Positions 1 to 11,762 of a stretch of 64,000 bases of DNA are shown in pieces. The DNA is from Octopus sinensis (lineage: Eukaryota). A program made the translations under genes and the position numbers. The notes beneath the pieces were generated by a model. It saw only the letters and a list, made by a program, of their open reading frames with translations. It was not told the DNA's origin and ran no database searches. The stretch covers positions 104,966,001 to 105,030,000 of the forward strand of contig NC_042998.1 in the NCBI RefSeq assembly GCF_006345805.1, written 5' to 3'. How positions within the stretch are numbered: the first letter of the stretch is position 1; the number at the start of each line of letters is the position of its first letter.

Positions 1-31
1 ATATATGTATGTAGGTATGTATATATACACA

Positions 32-275
32 CTTTATTAGTGTATTAAGGCTACCATGGCTTCATAATAAGCAATACCTTAAAAACTATCAAGCCTTTGA
101 CATGGAACATTGGTGTTCATCTCCATCTGCTTTTAATTCCAAATGGAGATGAACACCGATGTTCCATGTGATAGGCTTGGGGTATTCTTTAACCAGAAAC
201 CAATGGTAGCCTTGATACACAAATAAAGAACCTTTAACCACCAATGTGGTGTTGAGTACTCATTTTCATTGTTTG
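32..275 (+). mobile_element. Penelope-like 3' end with inverted partial copy and degenerate hammerhead-like motif
   Basis: Arms 32-126 and 143-228 are imperfect reverse complements (acatggaacattggtgttcatctccat / atggagatgaacaccgatgttccatgt). Contains aggc...GAAAC-CAATG-GTA-gcct and aataaa, followed by (TA)n. Confidence 0.5.
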
Positions 276-282
276 ATATTTA

Positions 283-395
283 CATATATATATATATAAT
301 TATATATATATATAATATATATATATAGATGCATACATACATGCATGCATGCATACATGCATACATACATACATACATACATACATACATACACA

Positions 396-428
<33 letters not shown>
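283..428. repeat. (TA)n/(TACA)n microsatellite
   Basis: Seen directly; explains ORFs 300..527 and 349..645. Confidence 0.95.
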
Positions 429-600
429 GATACTGTCATGTGAGATTTTGTCTAGTGCTTGTTCCCTGATGCTTCTGAAGAATGAAAATGTCTTTCTAGT
501 GTTGCATTGTAAAATGAAAGACAACACTCATGGACAATTAAATCAAGCTTTATTTACTGCACATAGTGTTTTCTGTGTTGGTCTTTGGATGAAGAATAAA

Positions 601-1164
601 TGTAACGATTTGTACACAATAAGAGAGACGTACTACTGGGGTTAATGAGAAAGTACCTGGTATGTATCAATCTGTGAGTATCTCATCACAACTAGGAAAA
701 TATCACAATAAATTCATGACAGTAAAATCTGTACATTCTCTTTGCGTGGCTAGGGAATAGAAAATGAGAATGAAATTGTTACAGCAACTACCTTGAAACC
801 CTGAAGTTACTACCAAAAGTCCCCCTTTTTTATAAGGTTCATTAGAAGGTTCTAGAAAGTCAAGTCACATGATGGTTTGATAGTGATTGATTGGTTAATT
901 GGCCAATCACATGAAACGATAGAGATTTTAATGTGGCATCCACACAGCTGTCCAGCAATTTGGTTTTGAATCTATTATAATGCCAAAATAAAAACAATCT
1001 AGAAGAACAAAGACAAACTGAGAAGAATTTGCACTCAGAACATAAAGTTATATAACTAAATACAATGAAACCATTTATCTGGTGCATCACTGATATGACC
1101 AATTTAATACCCTTTATTAGAGTCTATTATGAGTTAACTGAGACGTGGACATCAAACTCATACA
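601..1164 (-). mobile_element. Solo LTR-like element with CCAAT/HSE/TATA promoter
   Basis: TG...CA-compatible ends but no clear TSD. Minus strand reads catgtgattggccaattaaccaatca...TTCtaGAAccTTC...TATAAAA; same layout as 33930-34390. Confidence 0.4.
828..912 (-). promoter_or_regulatory. CCAAT boxes, 3-unit heat-shock element (845-857) and TATA (828-834)
   Basis: GAAggTTCtaGAA is a perfect alternating nGAAn triplet, 10 nt upstream of TATAAAA on the minus strand. Confidence 0.5.
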
Positions 1165-1184
1165 ATACTTTATAATTATTTTAA

Positions 1185-1650
1185 ATGTTTCAAATTTTAG
1201 TACAAGGCTAGCAGTTTTAGGAGGATGGTGCAGGTTTATTACATCAACCCCAGTACTTGACTAGTACATTTTTTTTATCCCTGATGAAATGAAAGCAAAA
1301 TTGATTTCAATGGGAGCTGAACTTAGAACATAATGAGCTGAAAGAAATACCTATTTCTTTATTACCCAGAAGGGGCTAAACATAGAGGGGACAAACAAGG
1401 ACAGACATAGGTATTAAGTTGATTACATCGACCCCAGTGCGTAACTGGTGCTTAATTTATCGACCCCGAAAGGATGAAAGGCAAAGTCGACCTCGGCGGA
1501 ATTTGAACTCAGAACGTAATGGCAGACGAAATACGGCTACGCATTTCGCCCTGCGTGCTAACGATTCGGCCAGCTCGCTGCCTTGAGCTGAAAGAAATAC
1601 CACTATGCATTTTGTCTGGTAGTCTAACAATTCTGCCAATTCACTGCCTT
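1185..1650 (-). mobile_element. tRNA-derived SINE family B, old copy interrupted by a younger copy
   Basis: Degenerate match to other family-B copies on both sides of the 1352-1583 insert. Confidence 0.75.
1352..1583 (-). mobile_element. Young family-B SINE with variant tail and 18-bp TSD
   Basis: CpG-intact head ggcagcgagctggccgaatcgttagc...gagttcaaattccgccgaggtcgactttgcctttcatcctttcggggtcgataaa. TSD tgagctgaaagaaatacc at 1334-1351 and 1584-1601. Confidence 0.9.
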
Positions 1651-2119
1651 CCTGTATAATGAATTACATAATGGTATATACAACATCCTGATTATAAAAA
1701 CATACTTTTTCTACTAAAAATTTTTTTGCATAATCTTTTGGTCTTTTAGATTTACCTCTTGCAAAATGTGTTTTCTGTACAACGTATGATATTTGTTAAA
1801 TTATATTTTAGAGTGATGTGACTCAATTTATGAAGGGTAGTATCTCATAAGCCTGCTGCCAAAATAAGATTTCCTATATTTGATTTAAACAACAATGTCA
1901 TCAGAACAACACATCATATGTCATATGAAATAATTAATTATTTATAAGAAAGTATTTCTAGCTTAGGTCTAAGACAATTTTGGCTCAAACAAAGGTTCTT
2001 TATTTCGATATAGTTAGAAACACATTTTATACCAGTCATACTAAGTCATTTTATATTGGTTAATATCCATTATAAATTGTCTGATGATACAGTTTTAGAA
2101 ATTCATGAATAAGAAAAAT

Positions 2120-2124
2120 TATTA

Positions 2125-2169
<45 letters not shown>

Positions 2170-2290
2170 TTAACATCTGTTTTCCATGCTAGTATGGGTT
2201 GGATGGTTTGGTCAAGGCTAGCAGGTTGGATAACTGTACCAGGTTCCAGTCTGATTTAGCTTTGTTTCCCCGCCTAATGCCATATAAATT
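2120..2290 (-). mobile_element. RTE 3' terminal fragment with (GAT)n tail; arm 1 of an inverted duplication
   Basis: ccaacccat(g/a)ctagcatggaaaacagatgttaaa(GAT)n family motif; reverse complement of 2875-3030. Confidence 0.85.
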
Positions 2291-2874
2291 AAATAAATCA
2301 ATATGATAAAGATTTTCTCTAATACAATTTGGATATTATAATACCCAAAGTGAACATGCAGGGTTCGTCAACTTCATTTTAGTTTTAAAGCAAGGTTTAA
2401 AATACTTTGTTATACAGAATTAAGTAAGTTGTCTCAGGTTGACTAAAAGCTTGTAAATGTAAGTGTGTAAACAGAAACTATGTGGAGACCTTTTGTAGGA
2501 GTTTTTTCATAGTACACTTTATTTATTATCCAGCCTAACACCACCATCTTGCCATTAATTGCTGTGGGGTACTTTTAGCAGACTCCACTCTGGTGCAAAC
2601 ATGAAGGCAACTTACCACTAGTCGTTGATGGCTGTGAAACATGTTATGAATACTGCTCTGCCTCAATAGATTAAATCATAAAAAAAAAGGTGATGAGATC
2701 CAACGATGTTCAAATTACAATCTTTTGAATAGATAGACTTACATAAGAAATTCATACATTATTCTCAAGAAATGTTTTATATGAAATCTGCTTGTAGCTA
2801 TTTCAATTCACTTGTGTTCCTAAGGATTTTGAAAACAGCATAAAAATCACAACTTCTATTTCCTCCAATTCTAA

Positions 2875-3030
2875 AATTTATATAGCATTAGGAGGGGAAA
2901 CCAAGCTAAATCAGACTAGAACCTGGTACAGTTATCCAGCCTGCTAGCCTTGACCAAACCATCCAACCCATACTAGCATGGAAAACAGATGTTAAAGGAT
3001 GATGATGATGATGATGATGATGATGTAATA
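2875..3030 (+). mobile_element. RTE 3' terminal fragment; arm 2 of the inverted duplication
   Basis: Shares private changes, the internal deletion and both junctions with 2120-2290. Confidence 0.85.
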
Positions 3031-4007
3031 CTGGAGAAGTCTGTCTTTTGATAAATATATATGTTTTGATTTATGAAAATACATTTAGGAAAATAAAGCA
3101 TTCAGAATTTTCTTCCAAAATTAAATTACGTACAGGACATTATTTACCATTGCCTCTGTCCATTAGTTTATTAGTGTTAAGGAACAATTGTTTACTTGTG
3201 TCAGTATGCAGTTGTTTACCTCAATTAATACCCAATCAGTATGTCTAGATATGAACAATATCAGCTAGCACAGCACAAGGATTCCTTTGTTTCAGGCAAA
3301 TTACTTTACTGAACATTATTATGACCAGATATTGTTTGCTTGTCACATTTGATTAGCAGCAATATTTGTTTTGATTCTTTCTTTTAACATTTTTCAAAAA
3401 AATCTTGAACCATTCTGCTTCATTCCACCTCCTCTTCTTTCTGCTATCCATTTTCTTTTCACTCTTCAATATAGTTGAAGTTGCATTACTTTTTCTTTAT
3501 TAGTCTCTGTTTTGGCATCGTTGTAATTTGCTTTCCCTTAAAGCTTCTCTTTTTTGTTTCATCTTCCTTCCTCCTCCTTCATCCACTACCACCTTTTGTC
3601 CACTACATTCACTTCCTTTCAAAGCCATGTTTGCCAAACAACAGAAACTAAAATAATGCCACTACTACCAACAATGAAAATAACACAAACATTGCAGGGA
3701 TTTCTATATGAAAAAAAAAGAATAAACATACTCTCACACTATCTTATTTAAAACTGACATTAGTAAATCGTTCAGATTATACTAACCCATAAAAAATATA
3801 TATATGAAGCATCCTTACAATGTAACATAACACAACTGACATTACAACAAAATTTCTTTGATAAGTCTTCACGAGGATCATGTAACCTGTTGCTTTCTTG
3901 ATTCAATGTTTAGATGTAGATATATCAAATTCATCATCACAATGCTTCTCTGATATTATACTATCACAATTATGTGAAACATAATTGTGATAATATAACT
4001 TAATAAG

Positions 4008-4313
4008 GTGCATGGCTTAGTGGTTAGGTTATTCAGCTCATAATTGTAAAGCCACGAGTTCAATAGCCAGCAGCAGGTTTTGTCTTAAGCAAGATACTTT
4101 ATTTCACTTTGCTTCAGTCCACACTCAGCTGGCAAAAATGGGTTGTATATGTAAATTTAAAGGGTCGGCCTTGTCACATTCTGTGTCACACTGCCTGAGA
4201 ACTACATAAAGAGTGTGTGCATTTGTGTGCCACTTGCATGTTAATTTCATAAGCAAATTGTTCTGTTGATCAGACTAACTGAAACACTCGTCATTATAAT
4301 CAACAAAGTGCCA
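4008..4313 (+). mobile_element. tRNA-derived CORE-like SINE family C, degenerate
   Basis: A box tggcttagtggt, B box gagttcaatagc, CORE-like gcaagatactttatttcactttgcttcagtcc. Related pieces at 9515-9550, 44890-45040 and 62790-63110. Confidence 0.7.
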
Positions 4314-4709
4314 TTTTTTCCTTTATGTCTCACATAACACATGATACATTAGGTCAAGACAATCTCCTATCAGCCAACAAGAAATTCTTTGAGTGGTAAC
4401 TTAGTAATACATTTCAAATCTCCCTCAAATGACACCCTATCATTTTTTGTTTTTAAATAAAGATGATATTGTATAATGAAACCCCAGACATGGTATATCT
4501 AAAACTCAGATGAAATGTTAATGTTGGAATATATTATTCAAATTTCTTTTAAACTACTCATGCAATTTTTTTCTAAAAAGGGATATATTGGATAATATAG
4601 TCCTATACAGGAGCATGTATTTAAATTAACACCATTTTAAAAATGTTATACCTTTATAAGAATCATGAATTTGTATGTGATGAGTCTAAAATATTAGCTT
4701 TGTTTATAT

Positions 4710-4747
<38 letters not shown>

Positions 4748-5279
4748 GTGTGTGTGTGTTTGTGTGTGTGTGCACACTATAAATTCTAATAGATTGCTCT
4801 AGAGTTTTGGAATCATAGTATCAAAATGCTGTTATTGCACTAAATGAAAACAAATGAGAACAGTGTGACCTCATTACCTATGCAGTGAAAGGTAACAGCT
4901 TGCAATACTTTGGCTGACCTCAAGGTGTCAGATGTTCCCTATTCATCTCATTTTACCTATAATTGCAGGTGAACACACCTTTCCAGCTATTTTAAAATGG
5001 TCATCCACAGCAAACTCATCCCATCAGTATGACAAACTTGCAAAACCAATAATGTGAGCAGGAATATAATAACTGGAACAGATAAAGTAACAGCATAAGT
5101 ATAAATTCACATGTTCACTGGTGATTATACATTCATACAGCCTCTCCAAAGTGATTAAGGTTGAAAGAAAGTCCCAAAGCTTCTCAAGTATCACAAGTGC
5201 ATGGGAAGGTATTTGAGGATCTTTGTTGGAAAAAGATATTTGTAGTCAACAAAGTAATCATTTTTGTAATTATTGCTTC

Positions 5280-5830
5280 TGATAAGGCATGAATGCAGCT
5301 TTGGTGATGGTGTTTTGGAATCTTTACAACCAACAATGGTGCAATACCACCTCGTTTCATAAAAGCTGGTCTTAATATCAACACAAGTGAGTATTTGAAT
5401 ATCCTTGATAGAGTTCTGATGCTGTGGACTGTCATGATTGATGTGAAATGTCATGATTCATATGATGTCATGTCTGTCTAAGATCCCTGTAAACAGCACA
5501 GGGTTCAAAGTGTGTGCAAGATTATTTGAAGGTAAAACTTCTGCTTTTTGTCAACAGAATGAGGGATTTCTCTGTAAATTAGATGCTTCTTTGACACTCT
5601 TACATGTGAGCTCCTATAACACCTGGACAACTATAACCAATCACACAACTGTTTACCAATTGTAAGATGAAATTAAATAAACATCTGGTTATGGTGGCAG
5701 TGTAGTAGCAATGAAGTCATTTAGCTTTAAGTCAATCCATGGGACTTTTGGATGTAGGGTATCATTGAGGACAAATCCATTGCAACACTTCACAGTAGTA
5801 AAGTTACATTGAACACTGCTATTAGGAAGA
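5280..5830 (+). pseudogene. Tc1/mariner (maT/DD37D-like) transposase relic, interrupted at 5558-5735
   Basis: Manual translation across frameshifts: VMVFGIFTTNNGAIPPRFIKAGLNINTSEYLNILDRVLMLW...VQDYLKVKLLLFV [insert] NPWDFWM*GIIEDKSIATLHSSKVTLNTAIRK. Confidence 0.75.
5558..5735. repeat. 178-bp inverted copy of 6500-6677
   Basis: Reverse complement with one substitution seen. Confidence 0.95.
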
Positions 5831-6329
5831 AATTTAGGTCCGTCAGCATGGACGAAGTAATGAGAATATGATCAGATATCTTCAGTCATATTTGGTCAAT
5901 TATACACATAACGCATGCTGAATAAAAGCTTTGTGTTTCTTATGACAAATAAACATATAGAGTTTCATGTTCCTATCTTTTCATTTACTTCAGTTACAAG
6001 CTCTGAAATATCTCAATACAATCTCAATTTAGTAGAAGCTCAACCCTTTATGCACACATTATGTATGAAAATTAAAGTAGGATGATTATGGTTGAAACAT
6101 TATTGGTTATAAATCAGAGCTAGCAGGCTGTTAAACAATAAGAACACCAACTAAATAGCAAAAAATAATAACCACAAATATTAGTACTTGTCTTCAGAAT
6201 TATCAACAACATTCAAAACATCATCAAATATCTACTTAGTTACAATTATAGACACTAATCCCTTGTCATCAGTCGTGCATATCTCTACATCAACCAGTGT
6301 GATGTATCTTATATCTTATATCTATTTGA

Positions 6330-6515
6330 CATGCTAGAAATAGCAGCCAAATTCCCTTCATATCAGCTTACCATCTTAAAACAAGCAAAAACATTCCTTA
6401 ATGTAATCCTGGATACACTATACTTACAAAAACAAAAACAAAAAAAAACAAGATGGTCGTGGATGGAGTACTTTTGATCAAAGAGCTCCTAAATCAGCTT
6501 TGACTTAAAGCTAAA
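6330..6515 (+). mobile_element. Old abundant SINE-like repeat (family D)
   Basis: Motifs gctagaaatagcagccaaat and atggtc(a/g)tgg..gga.t...ttt.atca recur at about 10120-10300, 14050-14110, 14815-14980, 15745-15930, 32040-32720, 42470-42595, 43750-44150, 44640-44700, 45250-45440, 54700-54770 and 63200-63260. Confidence 0.65.
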
Positions 6516-7299
6516 TGACTTCATTGCTACTACACTGCCACTATAACCAGATGTTTATTTAATTTCATCTTACAATTGGTAAACAGTTGTGTGATTGGTT
6601 ATAGTTGTCCAGGTGTTATAGGAGCTCACATGTAAGAGTGTCAAAGAAGCATCTAATTTACAGAGAAATCCCTCATTTACTAGCATTGCTTTCAAATCAA
6701 AATACTTTATGAGAGGTCTTTTTCCATTAAGTAACACAATCCTCTGTCACTCTATCAGAAATGCAATTAACCTGTTTTTGACTCACTGGAAACCTTTAAC
6801 TCCATGGACACACACACGGACACACGGACACAACAAACACACTCACACACAACAAACATACACTCACACGCATACATACAGATTAGTCTCAGACACATTA
6901 CACAACAACACAATACAACAACAACAATGAAATATATATACAAATGCACTTTCAACAATGCCAAATGCTTTTAATAGCACACAAACATACTTACACACAT
7001 ACACACACACATGCACACACACACATACACACACACACACTTGCCTGCACTTCCGCACATTCACTTTGTTGTTGTGAAATATATGAAACATCTTTCCTTC
7101 CTCCTAACTTCCAGTCATTTGCAACTCTTCTGGTCAGTTCTAATATGACTTGACATACACTGAAATCTATTACACCAGTAGTGATACCATTTTCTTTTAC
7201 TTTGTTCTGTCCTTTCCTTCTGTCTATTTTTCTGTAGAAAAGCTTAGGCTTCCTTTTTTTTCTCTCAAGTGTGAGCCTAATGATTGCAATATATATATA

Positions 7300-7711
7300 T
7301 ATTGAGAAAAAGAAGGCAGTCAGAATTTTGGGTAATTCTTTATTAGTGCTTGCATTCAGTTTTTTAACTTGTCAAGACAGAATCAAAATCAAAGTGGATT
7401 CTTGTTCAAAGTAAATGTAGAAATGAACTGTAGGATGCAGAATCTCATATACTGCATTACCTGCCTCAACTGCAAGGAAAATTACATTGGTGAAACAAAC
7501 AATTCCCTCTGCCAATATGCACGGAAACCACAATCAACACATCAGATAAGAGGAATTGAGCAAGATTCCACTGAGCAAGCATTTAGAAATATGCAGTAAA
7601 GGAAAGTTCAAGATCTTCCCTTTTTACAAATGTTCAAGAGATGACCCAAAATTCTGAAAAGCAAAGGAGCTGCACTTCATCAAAAAATTCTCTCCAAAAT
7701 TAAATGTTTGA
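7300..7711 (+). pseudogene. Penelope-like element, GIY-YIG endonuclease C-terminal fragment
   Basis: NCRMQNLIYCITCLNCKENYIGET then, frameshifted, IPLSKHLEICSKGKFKIFPFYKC...KAKELHFIKKFSPKLNV*. 7300-7380 looks like an inverted 3' end. Confidence 0.85.
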
Positions 7712-7858
7712 AATAGAAGCACAGGAATTACATTATCATTTTTTAAAAAATAGTAATGATGTTGGATGAAGGGAAAACATTTATATTACACTATTATTGT
7801 TGTTTCTGAATGTGGTGCCAATGTTAATAATGTGATACTCATCTCTATAAGTAATCAG

Positions 7859-7924
<66 letters not shown>

Positions 7925-7928
<4 letters not shown>

Positions 7929-9207
7929 GTTGTCCAGAAAGTTCATGCTGATTTATAGCAGCTTACCTTTTGACTTATTTTAGAACATGGTTGAGTCCAT
8001 AAAATAGGATTTGGCTACACCTCCATTTAGAGCACAGTTTAAGCTATCCTTTCGTGGAAGAAGGTTTATGTTCCTATAACCTGTGTTAATTCTGTAACCC
8101 TTTAAAATGGAAGGTAAGAAAGTTCATTTTTGGCACTTGATGCTTATCTTTTTCCGTAAAGGGAAAAATGCCTCACAAGCAACCAAAGAAATATGCGCAG
8201 TTTATGGTGATGTTTCTTTATCTGAAAGAACTGTACAAAACTGGTTTGCAAGGTTCCGAGCAGGAGATTGTAGCCTTATTGATAAAGAGCAATCAGACAG
8301 ACAATCTACTACAGATGATGACCAAATCAAGTCATTAATTGAGAATAACACACATTGCACAACCCGAGAATTGGCAGAAAGCCTCAACCTATCAAAATCC
8401 ATCATTTATGAGCGCCTGGTAAAGCTTGGGTACACAAATCGCTACGATGTTTGGGTACCACATAAGTTGAGTGAGAAGAACCTTTTGGATCACATTTCCA
8501 CCTGTGATTCACTTTAAAAACAGAATGAAAACGCGCCTTTTTTAAAGCAAATTGTGACAGGTGATGAGAAATGGATTATCTATCGAAATGTTCAGAGAAA
8601 GCGATCCTGGAGTAAGCGACATGAGTCACCCTTAGCCACCCCAAAAGCAGGTATTCACCCTAAAAAAATCTTGCTTTGTGTCTGGTGGGATTGGAAAGGA
8701 ATTCTGTACTATGAGTTTCTCCCAAGTAACCAAACAATTAATTCTGAGAAATACTGTACACAACTGGACGACTTAAAAGCAGCAATTCAAGAGAAACATC
8801 CAGAATTGGCCAACAGGAAGCGTGTTGTTTTCCAACATGATAATTCAAGACCACATGTTTCTTTGGGAACCAGACAAAAATTGCTGCAGCTCGGTTGGGA
8901 TGTGTTACTCCACCCTCCATATTCACCAGATATTGCTCCTTTGGATTTCCACTTATTCAGGTCTTTGCAGAATAGTCTTAATGGTAAAATTTCAATTCTT
9001 TGGATGATGTAAAGAGATACCTTGATGAATTCTTTGCCATGAAACCACCTCAATTCTGGGAAAAGTCTATTTTCAAGTTAAAGGAAAGATGGAGATGCAT
9101 TGTACAACAAAATGGCTCATATTTGGTTGATTAAAAAATTAATGGCAAGTATTTATTGACCATTTTCATTCCTTTAAAAATTGGCACAAACATTCTGGAC
9201 AACCCAA
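7925..9207 (+). mobile_element. Mariner transposon (DD34D), 1283 bp, full length
   Basis: 30-bp TIRs ttgggttgtccagaaagttcatgctgattt / aaattggcacaaacattctggacaacccaa with TA on both sides; left end sits in a (TA)n tract. Confidence 0.97.
8107..9134 (+). pseudogene. Mariner transposase with two lesions (TAA at 8515-8517, frameshift near 8990)
   Basis: HTH region, WVPHKL, TGDEKW, HDNSRPH and YSPDIAPLDFHLF; 34 residues between the second and third Asp. Shifted frame ends FNSLDDVKRYLDEFF...ERWRCIVQQNGSYLVD*. Confidence 0.95.
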
Positions 9208-9709
9208 TAAAACATTGGGATTTTGACAACTGTTGTTCTTATAGAACTTACATATACCTGAGAAAGAATACTAGAACCATTTTATCACTGATTAGGAACG
9301 ATCTAATGTAGCTACTAGGCAAATTTGTGAAAAAGATCTCTTTTGAATTGTTTTATCTAAGCAAGCAAGAAAAAGAAAAAGAAATTCTGCAAAAGGATGA
9401 AAGATGCTCAAAAAAATATATTTAAGCAGGCTCTGCTTTATTATAAAATTTATATCCTACAGAGTGGCTTCAAGCTAAATATACAATATACATACAAATG
9501 AAATCAGAGAGCAAGTGACTGAGCACTCCACAGACAAGCGTACCCTTAACATAGGAGCAGATAGACAGCTGACAAGTGATTGGTTGTTCTTTGTGTTACT
9601 TGTTCTGTTTTCCATTTGTTTCTCTTGTTGTTTGCATATTGAATTCATTTTTCGTATTTCATGCTGTTTACTTTTGGTGACGTCCTGTGTCTATATATGC
9701 ATGTATGTG

Positions 9710-9742
<33 letters not shown>

Positions 9743-9807
9743 ATGCATATATATATATTATTTATATTATCATTTGATTGAATGACACACATCCATTTCC
9801 AAGTAAG

Positions 9808-9886
<79 letters not shown>

Positions 9887-10446
9887 GGAGAGAGATATAT
9901 ATACATACATACATACATACAAATATATATATATATGTGTGTGTGTGTGTTAGGTTTCTTTTTATTTTTCTATAATAGAAATCACATGGTTAGAAAACAA
10001 CTTTCCTTACCACACAGCCACATCTATGTCAATAGCCATGCCAGTGCTTCAAAAATATTTAATACTTCAATACACATATCAATCAGATTATTCTAACATA
10101 ACACACAATAGGGCTATCGGGCAGATTTAGTCCTAAGTCTGTTTATCAGAGAAGACTTATGATCAAAAACTTTTCAGTCAAGTCCATCTTGGACTTCATT
10201 GTCTATGCATCCTTCTATTTTTAAGATCTCAAAGTGTTATTTTGAAGGAAAGTTGGTTCTTATCTCTAACAAATTATGCAATCTGCTAGATGTTCCCTTG
10301 TTGATATTTTGGACATGTACCTATCTATCCCTCAGCCTCTCTATCTACATCTATAATTATATGTGTGTGTAAATATATATATATGTATATATATATGTAT
10401 ATATATATGTATATGTATGTATATGTATATATATATATATATATAG

Positions 10447-11265
10447 TCAAAATCAAAATCAAACCAAATATCAGAAAGCAGAACCAAATTGAGGTTGATC
10501 AACATCAGGGCCCCTGTGCAGGTGACACGTAAAAGCACCATCCGTTCGTGGCTGTTTGCCAGCACTGTCTGGCCCCCATGTCGGTGGCATGTAAAAGCAC
10601 CATCCGTTCATGTTCGTTGCCAGCCTGGCCTGGCCCCCGTGCCGGTGACACATAAAAGCACCATCTGTTCATGGCCGTTTGCCAGCTCTGTCTGGCCCCT
10701 GTGCCGGTGACACGTAAAAGCACCATCCGTTCGTAGCCGTTTGCCAGCCCTGTCTGGCCCCCGTGTCGGTGGCATGTAAAAGCACCATCCGTTCATGTCC
10801 GTTGCCAGGCTCGCCTGGCCCCCGTGCCGGTGACACGTAAAAGCACCATCCGTTTCGTGGCCGTTTGCCAGCTCTGTCTGGCCCCCGTGTTGGTGGCACG
10901 TAAAAGCACCATCCGTTCGTGTCCGTTGCCAGCCTCGTCTGGCCCCCGTGCCGGTGACACGTAAAAGCACCGTCCGTTTCGTGGCCGTTTGCCAGCTCTG
11001 TCTGGCCCTCGTGTTGGTGGCACGTAAAAGCACCATCCGTTTCGTGGCCGTTTGCCAGCTCTGTCTGGCACCTGTGTGGGTGGCACGTAAAAAGCACCCA
11101 CTACACTCACGGAGTGGTTGGTGTTAGGAAGGGCATCCAGCCGTAGAAACACTGCCAGATCTGACTGGGCCTGATGAAGCCTTCCAGCTTCACATACCCC
11201 AGTTGAACCGTCCAACCCATGCTAGCATGGAGAACGGACGCTAAATGATGATGACGATGATGATG
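10447..11265 (+). mobile_element. RTE 3' region with expanded internal array and (GAT)n tail
   Basis: aagcacccactacactc...ttaggaagggcatccagc...ccaacccatgctagcatgg...ggacgctaaatgatgatg. The same terminus follows RTE ORF2 at 48150-49330. Confidence 0.85.
10529..11097 (+). repeat. Tandem array of nine 61-63 bp units
   Basis: Unit gtaaaagcaccatccgttcgtggccgtttgccagctctgtctggcccccgtgccggtg(a/g)cac. Confidence 0.95.
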
Positions 11266-11266
11266 A

Positions 11267-11762
11267 GGTCAAAATCAAATTCGCTGACATGGTCGATGAC
11301 AGCTCCACCTGAATGGCACCCATGCCAGTGAAACGTTAAAGTACCATCCAAGTGTGATTGTTGCCAGGGCCTCTGACTGGCTCCTGTGCCAGACGCACAT
11401 AAAAAGCACCATTCGAGCATTATCATTACCAGCATTGCCTTACTGGCACTTGTGCAAGTGGCACGTGAAAAACAGCATTCAAGTGAGGTCATTGCCAGTA
11501 CTGCTGGACTGGCTCCTGTGCAGGTGGCACATAAAAAAACACCATTTGAGTGTGGCCATCACCAGTACTGCCTGACTGGCCATGTAAAAAGCACCCACTA
11601 CACTCTCAGAGCGGTTGGCGTTAGGAAGGGCATCCAGTTGTAGAAACTCTGCCAGATCAGATTGGAGCCTGGTGCAGCCATCTGGCTCATGTGTCCTCAG
11701 TCAAACCGTCCAACCCATGCCAGCATGGAAAGCAAACATTAAACGATGATAATGATGATGAT
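11267..11762 (+). mobile_element. Second RTE 3' region, in tandem with the first, about 5 diverged units
   Basis: Same terminal motifs; begins immediately after the preceding (GAT)n tail. Confidence 0.85.

Noticed and set aside
300-645. YI/HT/CV-rich ORFs here and throughout the window
   Set aside because: Translations of TA, CA and TACA microsatellites.
8107-9012. SETMAR-like host gene or active transposase
   Set aside because: TIR-bounded element with a stop and a frameshift; no SET domain.
10529-11097. CRISPR-like array
   Set aside because: The segments between the conserved motifs are homologous to each other rather than unique spacers; there are no cas genes and the context is a eukaryotic retroelement.
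10608-11215. 140-aa repetitive ORFs
   Set aside because: Read-through of the GC-rich tandem array in several frames.
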